Part shown: piece after piece, positions 29,509 to 39,512 of the stretch
Layout: the number at the start of each line of letters is the position of its first letter
How positions within the stretch are numbered: the first letter of the stretch is position 1
Assembly: GCA_965205025.1 (NCBI GenBank)
Contig: CBDBFU010000028.1
Coordinates: forward strand, 128,001 to 192,000
From: Candidatus Poribacteria bacterium
GTDB lineage: Bacteria > Poribacteria > WGA-4E > WGA-3G
Direction of reading: 5' to 3'
DNA: 64,000 nucleotides
The notes under the pieces: generated by a model
What the model was told of the DNA's origin: nothing
The model's input: only the letters and a program-made list of their open reading frames with translations
The model's database searches: none
Position numbers and translations under genes: made by a program

Positions 29509-32388
29509 ATGAAGATATTTCTAATTAGAACACCTATTCTGATTTTATTTCCTATATATATATGTCTTGTTTTCACGAGAATGAGTTACGGACAGGTAAA
29601 TCCTGCAGTAATCTCTGTGAATCCTGCTACAATTGAATCTCCAATGATCGGAGATGAATTAACAATCAGTCTTGATATTACTGGCGGAGTAAATGTCGCA
29701 GGATATCAAGTAACCGTTAACTTTGATTCCACTGCTCTCAGATTTATCTCAAGTGAGAATGCCGATTATCTTCCTGCGGGTGCATTGTCAGTACCACCAT
29801 TAGTCTTGGATGATTCAGTAACTGTTGCTGCTGTAGCTATAGGTGTATCCGCGCCAGAAGATGAAGGCACCCTTGCCAGAGTAACATTTGAAGTAGTGTC
29901 AGTAAAAGACTCAACACTTAAACTAACCAATGTCATACTGTCTGATACTAATAGTTCCGAACTGCCAAATTCAACTGCAGACGGTATAGTTACCGCACCG
30001 GTCTCTACTGAAGTATTCTCAATTGCAGACATAGTACTGATTATAGATAGTTCAGGGAGTATGGAGTGGAATGACCCGAATATCCTACGGAAGACTGCTA
30101 CGAAGTACTTTATAGATTTAATGGATCCTGGAATTCAAATTGCGATTGTAAATTTAAACGGAACAACAAAGACGTTTGCTGAACTCACTTTCGCGGATGG
30201 AACTGGAAAAGAACAATTAAAGAATGCTGTGGATAGAGTTGATTCTGATGGGGATACTGATATTGCTGCGAGTCTGCAGTTAGGATATGAGCTTTTATCT
30301 GCATCTTCCTCTCCAGATGCAAGAAAAGCAGCTGTGTTATTAACCGATGGTCAGGATTTGGAACCAAAGACTGCATCATCTTATGTTCAAAACTATATAC
30401 TCCAAGGTTGGGATGTATATACAATAGGATTAGGGCTTGAAGTTGATAAAGAGTTACTTGAGGACATAGCTACACTCACTCCAGAAGGTGACTATTTTCC
30501 CGCTTCTCTTGATAATATACAGAAAATATATAATGAGATCTTCGCAAGAGTAACGAGAAAGGAAATCCTTTTTAACAACATTGGATATATCAATCAAAAT
30601 CAACAAATTACCAAGAAGTTTCTCATTGATTCCTCAGTAGAACAGATGGTCCCTTCTGCGAATTGGCAGGGAAGTACAATAGAATTAATCCTCGTTGATC
30701 CGAACGGTTTGGAGATAACACCCCAAGATGCCCTCACGAACCCAAGAATAAAATATCAAGATGCCTCTACTTACGCTATCTATACCGTTGATGATCCGAT
30801 GCCAGGTGAATGGGGAATGAAAGCAACTGGTACAGATATTCCACCGGAGGGTGAACAATTTAACTTAATTGTTTCTGCATCGTCAGACATTGTCACCAAT
30901 TTCTTGAGTTTTGAACCGAGTTATAATATTGGAGATCCAGTACGTATTGGCATACGTGCCAGAACCAAAACAATCCAAAGTACTAACCCAGTATTAGGAG
31001 TACAAACCTCAGCCGAAATTGTTCGTCCGGACGGTGGTATTGACACCCTTGATTTGCTTGATACAGCAACAAACGGTGTTTATGTGAACGATTATTTCGG
31101 AGTAGATATAGAGGGAACATATCTCATCCGTGCGACAGTAGAGAATGGGTTTACTCGTGAAATACAAGAGCAAATTGTGGTTGGTGACATTTCTAATATA
31201 TTCATTGATGGGAGCACATTGACACCCGCTGCTGGTACGACGCTTGACGCATCACCGAGTGTTATCAGTGCGGTTATTTCAGGACCAGCAATTCAAATTA
31301 ATAGCGATACAATTGAACTACAAGTTAATGGATCAACTGTTTCCCATGGGTATGATAAGGTTAATCAACAGGTGTTATACCGTCCTCCCGGTCTATCTCC
31401 GGGTGAACACACCGTAAAACTGAATGTTAACAACGAACTTGAGACGACATGGACGTTTAATCTTGGGTTTTCTGAATCGCGTTTTGAATTGTTACTCGAC
31501 CCTGGTCTTAATGTAGTCTCCTTACCATTAAAACCGAGAGATCCCTACACTGCTAAATCATTCAGCGAATTACTGAATGCAACACTTGTTGTGAGACACG
31601 ATTCAACATCCCAGACATACATAGCGTATGTTGCTACAGATGACACAGATGAAGGTTTCATGATTGAAGGGGGCCGTGGATATATAGTCAATACCCCTGA
31701 GCCAACGACAGTTGATTTCATTGGTACAGCTTGGTCAAACCAACCGTCAATTGCAACCGCTCCAAGCAATACGACCACGACAACGACTTGGGCATTTGCA
31801 ATTAATAGTAAATTGCAAATGATGGAACCAGATAGACAATACACACTTACAGCGAAAAACCTTCGTACTGGTGCGGTTGTATCTGAAAGCATATCAACTA
31901 CCGGCAAAAGTTCCACAGCTGTATGGGCAGATATGAACCGTAATAGTGTCGTTCAATTAGGTGACATGCTTGAATTCACTGTAAACGATTCAACAGGAAA
32001 TATCATTTCTGGACCTTTTAATCAGCTGGTCACTATTTCAGATATTCGTAATGCATATATGTTTGTCCAAATGACGGTAGGAGATATTCGTCCGAGAGAT
32101 ACACTTCTCGGTCAGAACTACCCAAATCCATTTAACCCAGAAACCTGGATTCCGTATCAGATAAGTAATCCAACTGACGTTTCGATCCTGATTTATAATC
32201 ACACGGGACATATAGTAAAAACACTGGAACTTGGTATGAAACCAGTAGGTATCTACGTGGACCGTTCGCAGGCTGCATATTGGGATGGGACAAATGAAAC
32301 TGGTGAATCCGTAGCAAGTGGTGTGTACTTCTATACGCTCATCGCTGGCGAATTTTCTGCTACACGCAAGATGTTAATAATGAAATAG
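29509..32388 (+). CDS. Secreted cohesin + vWA protein with C-terminal T9SS-A/FlgD-Ig-like domain
   Basis: Signal peptide; cohesin-like VAGYQVTVNFD; MIDAS DSSGS and LLTDG; QNYPNPFNPETWIPY...WDG...GVYFY. Confidence 0.88.
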   Translation: MKIFLIRTPILILFPIYICLVFTRMSYGQVNPAVISVNPATIESPMIGDELTISLDITGGVNVAGYQVTVNFDSTALRFISSENADYLPAGALSVPPLVLDDSVTVAAVAIGVSAPEDEGTLARVTFEVVSVKDSTLKLTNVILSDTNSSELPNSTADGIVTAPVSTEVFSIADIVLIIDSSGSMEWNDPNILRKTATKYFIDLMDPGIQIAIVNLNGTTKTFAELTFADGTGKEQLKNAVDRVDSDGDTDIAASLQLGYELLSASSSPDARKAAVLLTDGQDLEPKTASSYVQNYILQGWDVYTIGLGLEVDKELLEDIATLTPEGDYFPASLDNIQKIYNEIFARVTRKEILFNNIGYINQNQQITKKFLIDSSVEQMVPSANWQGSTIELILVDPNGLEITPQDALTNPRIKYQDASTYAIYTVDDPMPGEWGMKATGTDIPPEGEQFNLIVSASSDIVTNFLSFEPSYNIGDPVRIGIRARTKTIQSTNPVLGVQTSAEIVRPDGGIDTLDLLDTATNGVYVNDYFGVDIEGTYLIRATVENGFTREIQEQIVVGDISNIFIDGSTLTPAAGTTLDASPSVISAVISGPAIQINSDTIELQVNGSTVSHGYDKVNQQVLYRPPGLSPGEHTVKLNVNNELETTWTFNLGFSESRFELLLDPGLNVVSLPLKPRDPYTAKSFSELLNATLVVRHDSTSQTYIAYVATDDTDEGFMIEGGRGYIVNTPEPTTVDFIGTAWSNQPSIATAPSNTTTTTTWAFAINSKLQMMEPDRQYTLTAKNLRTGAVVSESISTTGKSSTAVWADMNRNSVVQLGDMLEFTVNDSTGNIISGPFNQLVTISDIRNAYMFVQMTVGDIRPRDTLLGQNYPNPFNPETWIPYQISNPTDVSILIYNHTGHIVKTLELGMKPVGIYVDRSQAAYWDGTNETGESVASGVYFYTLIAGEFSATRKMLIMK

Positions 32389-32604
32389 CATAACTCATGG
32401 GTCATCTGATACAATCTATAGGTAATCTTTATTGGATGTGTAGCGTTATATTGTAATATTAGGTCAGAATCATTTAGTATCCTTAAACCTCATAATCAAT
32501 ATGAGCTTAATATAGAAGAAACTTAGTTTCGAATTCTTTAGTATCTTGAATTATTAATCATTATGGTTTATAATTCAGATAAAATTATTGTAGAAGGATC
32601 GGAT

Positions 32605-33345
32605 ATGGGAATTACAGATAAAGAGAAAGAATTTTATGAATCAAATGGATATCTATTGAAAAAAGGACTTGTCTCTGCGGAGGATATTGAGAGTATTCTT
32701 GAAGAGATTGACGATATCCATAATCGTATGGCAGAGAATCCCACGGAAGGTATAGGAATTTCGTGGGAAGTATACGAAGATGATCCTGATCATCCCCCTC
32801 TTATAAAACAATTAATGCATAGTGAAGTAGTTAGTGCTACACTCAACAAACTACTTAGATCTGATGATGTTCTCGATGTTTTAGAGGGAATGATGGGACC
32901 TGACATATCATTATATCACAGTAAGCTGCTTCCGAAGGCTGGTGGTGATGGTACTGCGATTCCATGGCATCAGGATTATGCTTATTGGAAGAATGATAAC
33001 AATAAACCCGTGATGATTAATTGTCAGTTAGCAATTAGTGAAGCGAACCTTGATAACGGTTGCATACAATTTGTGCCTGGTAGCCATAATTGGGGATTAC
33101 AGGAACACGAACGCAAACAACAGACCTTCGGTGTCTTTCTTCCCGGTCACTATCAGGAACGTGAAGATGCTGTTGCTGTTGAAATGGAACCCGGTGATGG
33201 TGTCTTTTTTAATGCCCTCATAATACATGGGTCGGCACCAAATCTATCCAAGAAAGATAGATTGATGAATACCTTTGCCTATAATGTAACGGGTAACGGT
33301 ACATCTCAATCTCGTGAAGTCTTACGGGGCAAGGAACTAAATTAA
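32605..33345 (+). CDS. Phytanoyl-CoA dioxygenase (PhyH) family protein
   Basis: WHQD, NGCIQFVPGSH, HGSAPN...R. Confidence 0.9.
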   Translation: MGITDKEKEFYESNGYLLKKGLVSAEDIESILEEIDDIHNRMAENPTEGIGISWEVYEDDPDHPPLIKQLMHSEVVSATLNKLLRSDDVLDVLEGMMGPDISLYHSKLLPKAGGDGTAIPWHQDYAYWKNDNNKPVMINCQLAISEANLDNGCIQFVPGSHNWGLQEHERKQQTFGVFLPGHYQEREDAVAVEMEPGDGVFFNALIIHGSAPNLSKKDRLMNTFAYNVTGNGTSQSREVLRGKELN

Positions 33346-33347
33346 AA

Positions 33348-34355
33348 ATGAAAATAGGTTGTATTAGGATCTATCTCATTTTGTTGTTAATTGGAATCAT
33401 CTGTGGTTGTGGTGAGGATGAAGCCGGGAATAAGAATTTAGCACCGGTAATTTCTGTCTTTGAAGCAGAATCTGAGTTGGTTCAACCGGGTGGAAATGTT
33501 GTTATTCACTTAGAAGCTGTTGACCTTGAGAACGATATTTTGACTTACGAATGGTCGGTTGATTATGGAGAAATACAAGGAGATGCATCTGGTGCGACTT
33601 GGACTGCACCTGAAACAGAACGTAAGTATCAAATACAGGTAGTTGTTAGCGATGGTGAGAATACTACGACCAGTTCACTTGATATACAGGTGTGGAAAAT
33701 ACGTCCTGGCGATTATTATCCTTTAGCTGTTGGTAATATATGGCGTTACAGAGACGATGCTGACACGCAAATCGTTTTTGAGATTGTTGATACAATACAG
33801 ATCCAACTGGCAGGTGGAAAAACAGTTGAGAGTTATGTTCTGCAAAAATCGAGTTCAGAAGAAGGTTTAGAGAACATTGTCAACTATTCCTATTTGGGTT
33901 TTGATAGGGACGATGATGGTGAAATATCCGCCATCCTGCAACATGCCCAAAATACTAAATCCGGCACGGAAGACACGATTATGTTCACACCTTTTATTCC
34001 ATTATATCAATTTCCTCTCATCACAGGGGAGAAATGGGAAGTTAATTTTGAAGCAGGATTAGTTCCGGAACTCTTTCCCCTCGGTGGAGGCGTGGATGCC
34101 TTTGAAGTCCTCTCTGAAGAAACGGTTTCTGTTCCAGTAGGCACATTTGATAGTGTCTTCTTAGTACAAGAGACATTTCAATGGGGATTCGATATTGGTG
34201 CCAATCAAGATTTTCCAATAGACTTAACTGTAGTTCAAAAATGGCTTGCTCCTAATGTAGGTATAATTAAATTTACGCAATCACAAACTCGTGGGGAAGA
34301 AAAAGTAGTATCTGTCTTTGAGCTTGAATCCTATGAGTTAAATCAATCTAATTAG
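33348..34355 (+). CDS. Lipoprotein with PKD/Ig-like domain
   Basis: Lipobox ICGC; NLAPVI...DILTYEW...WTAP; YYPLAVGNIWRY and WLAPNVGIIK C-terminal domain. Confidence 0.7.
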   Translation: MKIGCIRIYLILLLIGIICGCGEDEAGNKNLAPVISVFEAESELVQPGGNVVIHLEAVDLENDILTYEWSVDYGEIQGDASGATWTAPETERKYQIQVVVSDGENTTTSSLDIQVWKIRPGDYYPLAVGNIWRYRDDADTQIVFEIVDTIQIQLAGGKTVESYVLQKSSSEEGLENIVNYSYLGFDRDDDGEISAILQHAQNTKSGTEDTIMFTPFIPLYQFPLITGEKWEVNFEAGLVPELFPLGGGVDAFEVLSEETVSVPVGTFDSVFLVQETFQWGFDIGANQDFPIDLTVVQKWLAPNVGIIKFTQSQTRGEEKVVSVFELESYELNQSN

Positions 34356-34369
34356 AGAGTATTATATTG

Positions 34370-35383
34370 ATGGGAGTAAACCGACCTAAAATCTTAACAA
34401 CGACAGTGGGTTCGTATCCTGTTCCTGCGTGGTTACATGCAACACCAACAGAACAGTCCTTAATAGATGCTACCCGTGTTGTTGTAGATATTCAACGACA
34501 AAAGGGTATTGACCTACCCACCGATGGAGAACTCTATCGGTTTGATGTGAACCATCCTGAAACAAACGGGATGATCGATTATTTTATAAGACCTTTATCA
34601 GGAATAAGTTCAGAAGTAGGTCGACAAGATTGGAATGAGTTTAGACAGATGCATACTATGTCGTTTCGAGCAAAACCTGCAGGAGTTGTGGAAGGTGAAT
34701 TAGGTGAAGGGACACTCAATCTTGTATCAGATTGTGCGCGGGCTGTTAGTGTTGCTGGTAGAAACCTGAAATTTACTGTTACTAGTCCATATATGCTTGC
34801 TCGTACTCTACTTGACAAATATTATGAGGATTTTGACGCTCTACTCTCTTCTTTATCTGAAGTATTAGCTGCCCAAGTAAAAGAGTTAGATTGTGAATGC
34901 ATTCAAATTGATGAGGCAAATATCCCTGGTAACCCAAAAGATGGACCTCGTGCAGCGAAAGCAATTAATATTCTTCTTGATGCATTTGAAGGAAAAAAGG
35001 CAGTTCATTTTTGCTTTGGTAATTATGGTGGTCAGGTCATACAAACGGGTGGTTGGGAAGCACTTATTGATTTCCTAAACTCGCTTCGATGCGATCATCT
35101 TGTATTAGAGTTAGCACATCGACCTGAAGCTGATCTTGAAGCACTTAAAGGCGTAACCACCGATATTACACTTGGTATTGGTGTGATTGATGTAAAGGTG
35201 AACCCTATAGAAACACCTGATGATGTTGCTATGAGTATAGAAAAGGCGGAGAAGGTGCTGGGAACCGGGAGAGTCGGTTGGATTCATCCTGATTGTGGAT
35301 TCTGGATGCTTCAACGTTCTATTGTTGATCAGAAGATAGAATCTCTTGTTAAAGGTAGGGATAAATATCTTGGCATAGATTAG
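34370..35383 (+). CDS. Cobalamin-independent methionine synthase II family protein
   Basis: TTTVGSYP, TDGELYR, IQIDE, HFCFGN, HPDCG; catalytic half only. Confidence 0.9.
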   Translation: MGVNRPKILTTTVGSYPVPAWLHATPTEQSLIDATRVVVDIQRQKGIDLPTDGELYRFDVNHPETNGMIDYFIRPLSGISSEVGRQDWNEFRQMHTMSFRAKPAGVVEGELGEGTLNLVSDCARAVSVAGRNLKFTVTSPYMLARTLLDKYYEDFDALLSSLSEVLAAQVKELDCECIQIDEANIPGNPKDGPRAAKAINILLDAFEGKKAVHFCFGNYGGQVIQTGGWEALIDFLNSLRCDHLVLELAHRPEADLEALKGVTTDITLGIGVIDVKVNPIETPDDVAMSIEKAEKVLGTGRVGWIHPDCGFWMLQRSIVDQKIESLVKGRDKYLGID

Positions 35384-35413
35384 TAGAGTTTCTCATAGAT
35401 ACCTATAATTGCA

Positions 35414-35451
35414 GTAGGTGGTGTGTGTTGTATCACATACCACCTATTTTA
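35414..35451 (+). terminator. Probable intrinsic terminator
   Basis: TAGGTGGTGTGTG...CACATACCACCTA stem followed by TTTT. Confidence 0.55.
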
Positions 35452-35512
35452 TTAGTAGTTGGCAAGCAATATTCGGTTTTAATCTTTGTGTGTATTGGTA
35501 GGTATCATGATA

Positions 35513-35631
35513 TTATACTATTTCTATAAATTATTGTCTCATTAGGCGGTTATTATGGTAGTCATTTTTCAGGTCACAAACTGAAAGTTTGTGGTACAAA
35601 AAAGAGACATTTTCAATTAGAAATGGTATTA
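35513..35631. repeat. REP core bracketed by inverted repeats
   Basis: ATACTATTTCTA..TGTCTC / GAGACA..TAGAAATGGTAT around CACAAACTGAAAGTTTGTGGTACA. Confidence 0.6.
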
Positions 35632-35724
35632 CCTAAATCTAACAGTTTGCAGTACATGACAAATTGTCATTCAACTTGCGTAAGACAGCACTTACGTTTA
35701 TTCGATTAGTAGTTAGATATCAGT

Positions 35725-35973
35725 ATGAAAAAGTATCAGAATATAGCGGGAATTGCAGGAATCATCGGATTAATTCTTGGGATAACAATTCCGAGTATAG
35801 GTATGTTATTATACAATTGGAACTGTCCGTTTGGAAACGGTATTCTACAAAGAATTGGTTTTCTGGTTGTTAGTGGATTTGGAAGTGCGGTTGTAATTGG
35901 TAACCTTGTTGGAATTTTATTGATTGGAATATTAAGATTATATTCTTATTTTCAACAAAAAGATGGAGGTTAG
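35725..35973 (+). CDS. Small two-TM membrane protein
   Basis: 82 aa, two hydrophobic segments, ends 1 nt before the tauE-like start. Confidence 0.55.
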   Translation: MKKYQNIAGIAGIIGLILGITIPSIGMLLYNWNCPFGNGILQRIGFLVVSGFGSAVVIGNLVGILLIGILRLYSYFQQKDGG

Positions 35974-35974
35974 A

Positions 35975-36799
35975 ATGGGAATAGAGATACTTAATCTGGA
36001 TTTAATGTATATTCTGCTGCTTATGGGAGTTGGTATATGTGCAGGGTTTGTCAACACAGTTGCTTTCGGAGGTTCATTGTTAACTCTTCCTGCCTTAGTT
36101 TTCGTCATGGAAGCCATTCCCAGTTTTTCTTCTGGTATTCAAGTGACTGCCATTGCAAATGGAACGAATAGGATTGCGATATTTTTTCAAAATTTCAGTG
36201 CGATCTTAGGGTTTCGTAGCAAAGGTGTGTCAAACTTCCGACATGCCATCTCCCTAACTATCCCCGCCGTCATAGGTGCGTCAATTGGTGCTTTTATAGG
36301 TACCGAAATTCCAGATAAAGCCTTTAAACCTATTCTTGCTGTTGTCATGGTTTCAATGCTTCTATTGGCACTATTTAACCCAACTGAACTATTACAGAGG
36401 AAAGTAAATCCAAGTGGAGCTCAACATAAGATAATCACTACAATTGCACTCTTTTTTGTTGGTATCTATGGTGGATTCATTCAAGCAGGTGTGGGTCTGT
36501 TAGTTATTGCTACGTTACGTATTCTTGATGGTGGTGATCTTGTTATTACGAATGCACATAAGGTATTTATAATCTTTTTCTATACGATTATTGCACTTGG
36601 AATCTTTGTCAGTAAAGGACAAGTGAATTGGGTTTTAGGTATTTCGCTTGCATTCGGAAATGCTACAGGTGCATGGATTGGTAGTAATTTTGCAGTGAAG
36701 ATGGGAGATAAGTGGATCAAAGTGGTTCTAATAATAGCAGTTATCGGGTCTGTGACGAAATTGTTGTATGATACCCTTAGAGTATATGGGGTGGTATAA
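35975..36799 (+). CDS. Sulfite exporter TauE/SafE family protein
   Basis: AGFVNTVAFGGSLLTLP, ANGTNR, GIYGGFIQAGVG; GGAGG RBS. Confidence 0.9.
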   Translation: MGIEILNLDLMYILLLMGVGICAGFVNTVAFGGSLLTLPALVFVMEAIPSFSSGIQVTAIANGTNRIAIFFQNFSAILGFRSKGVSNFRHAISLTIPAVIGASIGAFIGTEIPDKAFKPILAVVMVSMLLLALFNPTELLQRKVNPSGAQHKIITTIALFFVGIYGGFIQAGVGLLVIATLRILDGGDLVITNAHKVFIIFFYTIIALGIFVSKGQVNWVLGISLAFGNATGAWIGSNFAVKMGDKWIKVVLIIAVIGSVTKLLYDTLRVYGVV

Positions 36800-36862
36800 A
36801 ACAACGGTAGGAAGATTGGAAGAATGGATGGGTAAAAGAATAGAGATGTTTGGATAGTAGTC

Positions 36863-37462
36863 TTATTTTGGGATATTGAAACTTTCCAAACGGCAGTTGA
36901 TTAATTCTTCTGTTGATATCTTAGATAATTCATGTAATAGTGTGAGTATTTCCATCTGGAGATCATCTTGTTTATGGGTGATTTTCAGATGGTTTTGTTT
37001 TAACTTTGATAGTTCTATGGGTTTTTGATTATTCGGTATAACTATAATGGAACCATCTACCGACTCAAATTCTTCTGCGATGTCTTTCCAATCGTAACTT
37101 TCATCAAAAACTGTAATGATAGGGTGAGGAAATCTAAGTATTTCTGTTTGTATATTACCAATTGCGGTACTTAATGCTAAAGAGGTATTATATAATTTTA
37201 TGGCAGATTGACGTATTGGTAAATTCCAGAATGTGGCAGGTAAATTAAGACGTTGTGCAAGATTGATTAATCTATACAGTCGTCTCCAATCATGTGTTTC
37301 TTTAAGACTCTGTGAATTCCCATGAACTAATAGAATCTTCTGATTCTGCAGTTCAGCTAAGCCGGCAAATTCAAAGTTTCCTTGTCCGCCAGCTCTGTCC
37401 CCATAGAGTTGTATAGTTTTTGTAAAATGATTGTGATTATAGTTAAAATCAAGTGAAGACAT
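36863..37462 (-). CDS. Degenerate AccA (carboxyltransferase alpha)-like protein
   Basis: LYGDR, AGLAEL, RLINLAQRLNLP, PIITV and ELSKISTEELINCR echo AccA; GEGGSGG absent. Confidence 0.55.
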   Translation of the reverse strand: MSSLDFNYNHNHFTKTIQLYGDRAGGQGNFEFAGLAELQNQKILLVHGNSQSLKETHDWRRLYRLINLAQRLNLPATFWNLPIRQSAIKLYNTSLALSTAIGNIQTEILRFPHPIITVFDESYDWKDIAEEFESVDGSIIVIPNNQKPIELSKLKQNHLKITHKQDDLQMEILTLLHELSKISTEELINCRLESFNIPK

Positions 37463-37475
37463 TTTATACTACTAT

Positions 37476-37514
37476 AAAAAAAGCAGGGAGGTGTAGTTTT
37501 CTGCACCTCCCTGC
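37476..37514 (-). terminator. Intrinsic terminator of the giant-protein operon
   Basis: GCAGGGAGGTGCAG-aaaa-CTACACCTCCCTGC-T7 on the minus strand. Confidence 0.85.
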
Positions 37515-37536
37515 CAGAATGATCTAATGAATTTAA

Positions 37537-38400
37537 TTATTCGCCGCTTCGTCCACCGATTGAACTAAGAACGAACCAACCGATTCCAGCGACAGCAGTT
37601 GTTACGAATACCAGAGCACGTTTTCCTGAAGATACCTCTTCATGTATACCTTTAGCATTCTTAATCATCATCTGTAATTCACTGATAGCCTTTTGATTTG
37701 TCTCAATTTTCATCAGAATAGATTTTACACTTTCTTGAATATTTCCAATAGAATCTTGAGTTGCCTTCAGATCTTTCTGAAGTGCTCCTAACATCTCATT
37801 AGAAGAATCAAGATGTCCGTGTAAATCTTCTAACTGTTTTACTATTGCATTCTTAGCATTTCTAACAGCTTTCTTGACATCAGCAGTGGATTCATCACCA
37901 GACTTCTTGACAGCATCAACGACTTTATCCTGTGATTTTAGGCTGTTTTCCAAAGCTTTAATTTGAGCTTGAAGTTTAGCAGTACTTCCCTTCATAGCTT
38001 CAATATCAGCCATCAATTTTTCACGTTTTGCCTCAGATTCTTCAAGTTCTGCACGTAGTTTATCTAATTCATCCTTTTCAATTTTTACGACATCTTCGGC
38101 ATCATCAACAATTTCCTTTGCCAAGGAAACAGGAATACGCAACTTTTCACCTGGATAAATCAGGTCAGGATTGGTGAAGTCATTATACTTTTTCAATTCT
38201 GGCCATTTTGTAGGATCTTTTAAGTGTTCTTGACAGAGATCCCAGAGTGTATCACCCTTAACAATAGTGATTAACTTGGTTTCTTCATCAGTCTCCTTTG
38301 GAGTAATCCGTGCGGAGGCAGATAAGACATAAACACCAGTAAGAGCAACACATATATAGAGAACCAGTGTTAATTTTAAAGTGTTTTTAATAATAGTCAT
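37537..38400 (-). CDS. LysM protein with coiled coil and C-terminal TM helix
   Basis: Signal peptide; IVKGDTLWDL...NPDLIYPGEKL; heptad region; C-terminal hydrophobic helix. Confidence 0.88.
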   Translation of the reverse strand: MTIIKNTLKLTLVLYICVALTGVYVLSASARITPKETDEETKLITIVKGDTLWDLCQEHLKDPTKWPELKKYNDFTNPDLIYPGEKLRIPVSLAKEIVDDAEDVVKIEKDELDKLRAELEESEAKREKLMADIEAMKGSTAKLQAQIKALENSLKSQDKVVDAVKKSGDESTADVKKAVRNAKNAIVKQLEDLHGHLDSSNEMLGALQKDLKATQDSIGNIQESVKSILMKIETNQKAISELQMMIKNAKGIHEEVSSGKRALVFVTTAVAGIGWFVLSSIGGRSGE

Positions 38401-38420
38401 CAGTATTCTCCTCTTTGGTG

Positions 38421-39434
38421 TTAAAATTCATAGGAGACAGAAACATAATGGGTGCTTCCTGCTCCACTGATTTCACTTGCCATACCATCTTGTATAGCAT
38501 AGTCAACCTGCAGTCCAGCAATGTTAACCCCAAATCCACCATAAAGCGTTCGTACATCACGTGATGCTTTCATCCCAGTACGTAGTGCGAAGTTGGTAGA
38601 TCTGTTAGTGAAAAGGTTATATTCAACACCGCCGCGGAGGCTGGTTGCACTTTCATCAAGATTAACGAATTCCTGTTCAATATCAACGGCGAATGTTACA
38701 ACATTCCCCATGTATAGATCATAAGCTACACCAGCATTCACTACCATTGGTACAGTTGCTTCACCTATAGAAGCCCCAAGGTATTTTGCGACCAACCCAT
38801 AATGGAATGTTGGAACCATTGCCTCATGATGTTGGTTATGTAATGCTTGATCCATCATATCTTCAGCAACATCAATGTGTAATGCATGTCCCATGATCCC
38901 GATATCTACACCGCCTAAACCGCTTTGGTTTTCAACAGTATCAACACCAAAGTTATCAGATAGCATACGACCTGTTAGACCGATATTGAAGTTTCCGAAA
39001 GCGATTCCATAAGAGAGTGAATAAGCATTTGTACTATAATCTGCTGTTCCACCATAGGTTGCCGATGAATCGTATATTGGGTAATTACCCACACCAGAAT
39101 TTAATGCGGCTAATCCTATTGAACCGTATGAACCGAGTGATTTTGTAATTGCGATAAAGTTATGACTTCTATCATGTGACAATCTTTGTGTAGAGAAATT
39201 TAGGCTTAGATCAGCCGCAGATCCCAGTCCGGCGGGATTCCAGACAGTTGCTGTGGCATCTTCTGCTATTGCTGTAAATGCGCCACCTAAACCGATAGAA
39301 CGCGCACCGGCACCGAGGCGTAAGTGAGGCATAGCGTTAACCTCTCCCTCAGCAAAACAGACAGGCGATATAGCCATGAGAAGTAATAATACGGGGATAA
39401 CACCGTATAGCAATTTTTGCTTTGTAGTAGACAT
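38421..39434 (-). CDS. PorV/PorQ (UPF0164, FadL-like) outer-membrane barrel
   Basis: GARSIGLGGAFTAIAEDATATVWNPAGL signature; VDYA; terminal SYEF. Confidence 0.85.
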   Translation of the reverse strand: MSTTKQKLLYGVIPVLLLLMAISPVCFAEGEVNAMPHLRLGAGARSIGLGGAFTAIAEDATATVWNPAGLGSAADLSLNFSTQRLSHDRSHNFIAITKSLGSYGSIGLAALNSGVGNYPIYDSSATYGGTADYSTNAYSLSYGIAFGNFNIGLTGRMLSDNFGVDTVENQSGLGGVDIGIMGHALHIDVAEDMMDQALHNQHHEAMVPTFHYGLVAKYLGASIGEATVPMVVNAGVAYDLYMGNVVTFAVDIEQEFVNLDESATSLRGGVEYNLFTNRSTNFALRTGMKASRDVRTLYGGFGVNIAGLQVDYAIQDGMASEISGAGSTHYVSVSYEF

Positions 39435-39456
39435 TAATTAATATCCTCCTTGGTAG

Positions 39457-39500
39457 CCGTTATCGTAAGTTGGACATTCTGTCCAACTTACGATTTACGG
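39457..39500 (-). other. Strong intercistronic hairpin
   Basis: ATCGTAAGTTGGACA-ttc-TGTCCAACTTACGAT 15-bp stem, no U-tract. Confidence 0.7.
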
Positions 39501-39512
39501 ACCATCTTTTAC

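Noticed and set aside
36863-37462. Functional accA
   Set aside because: Too short and missing the catalytic glycine-rich motifs
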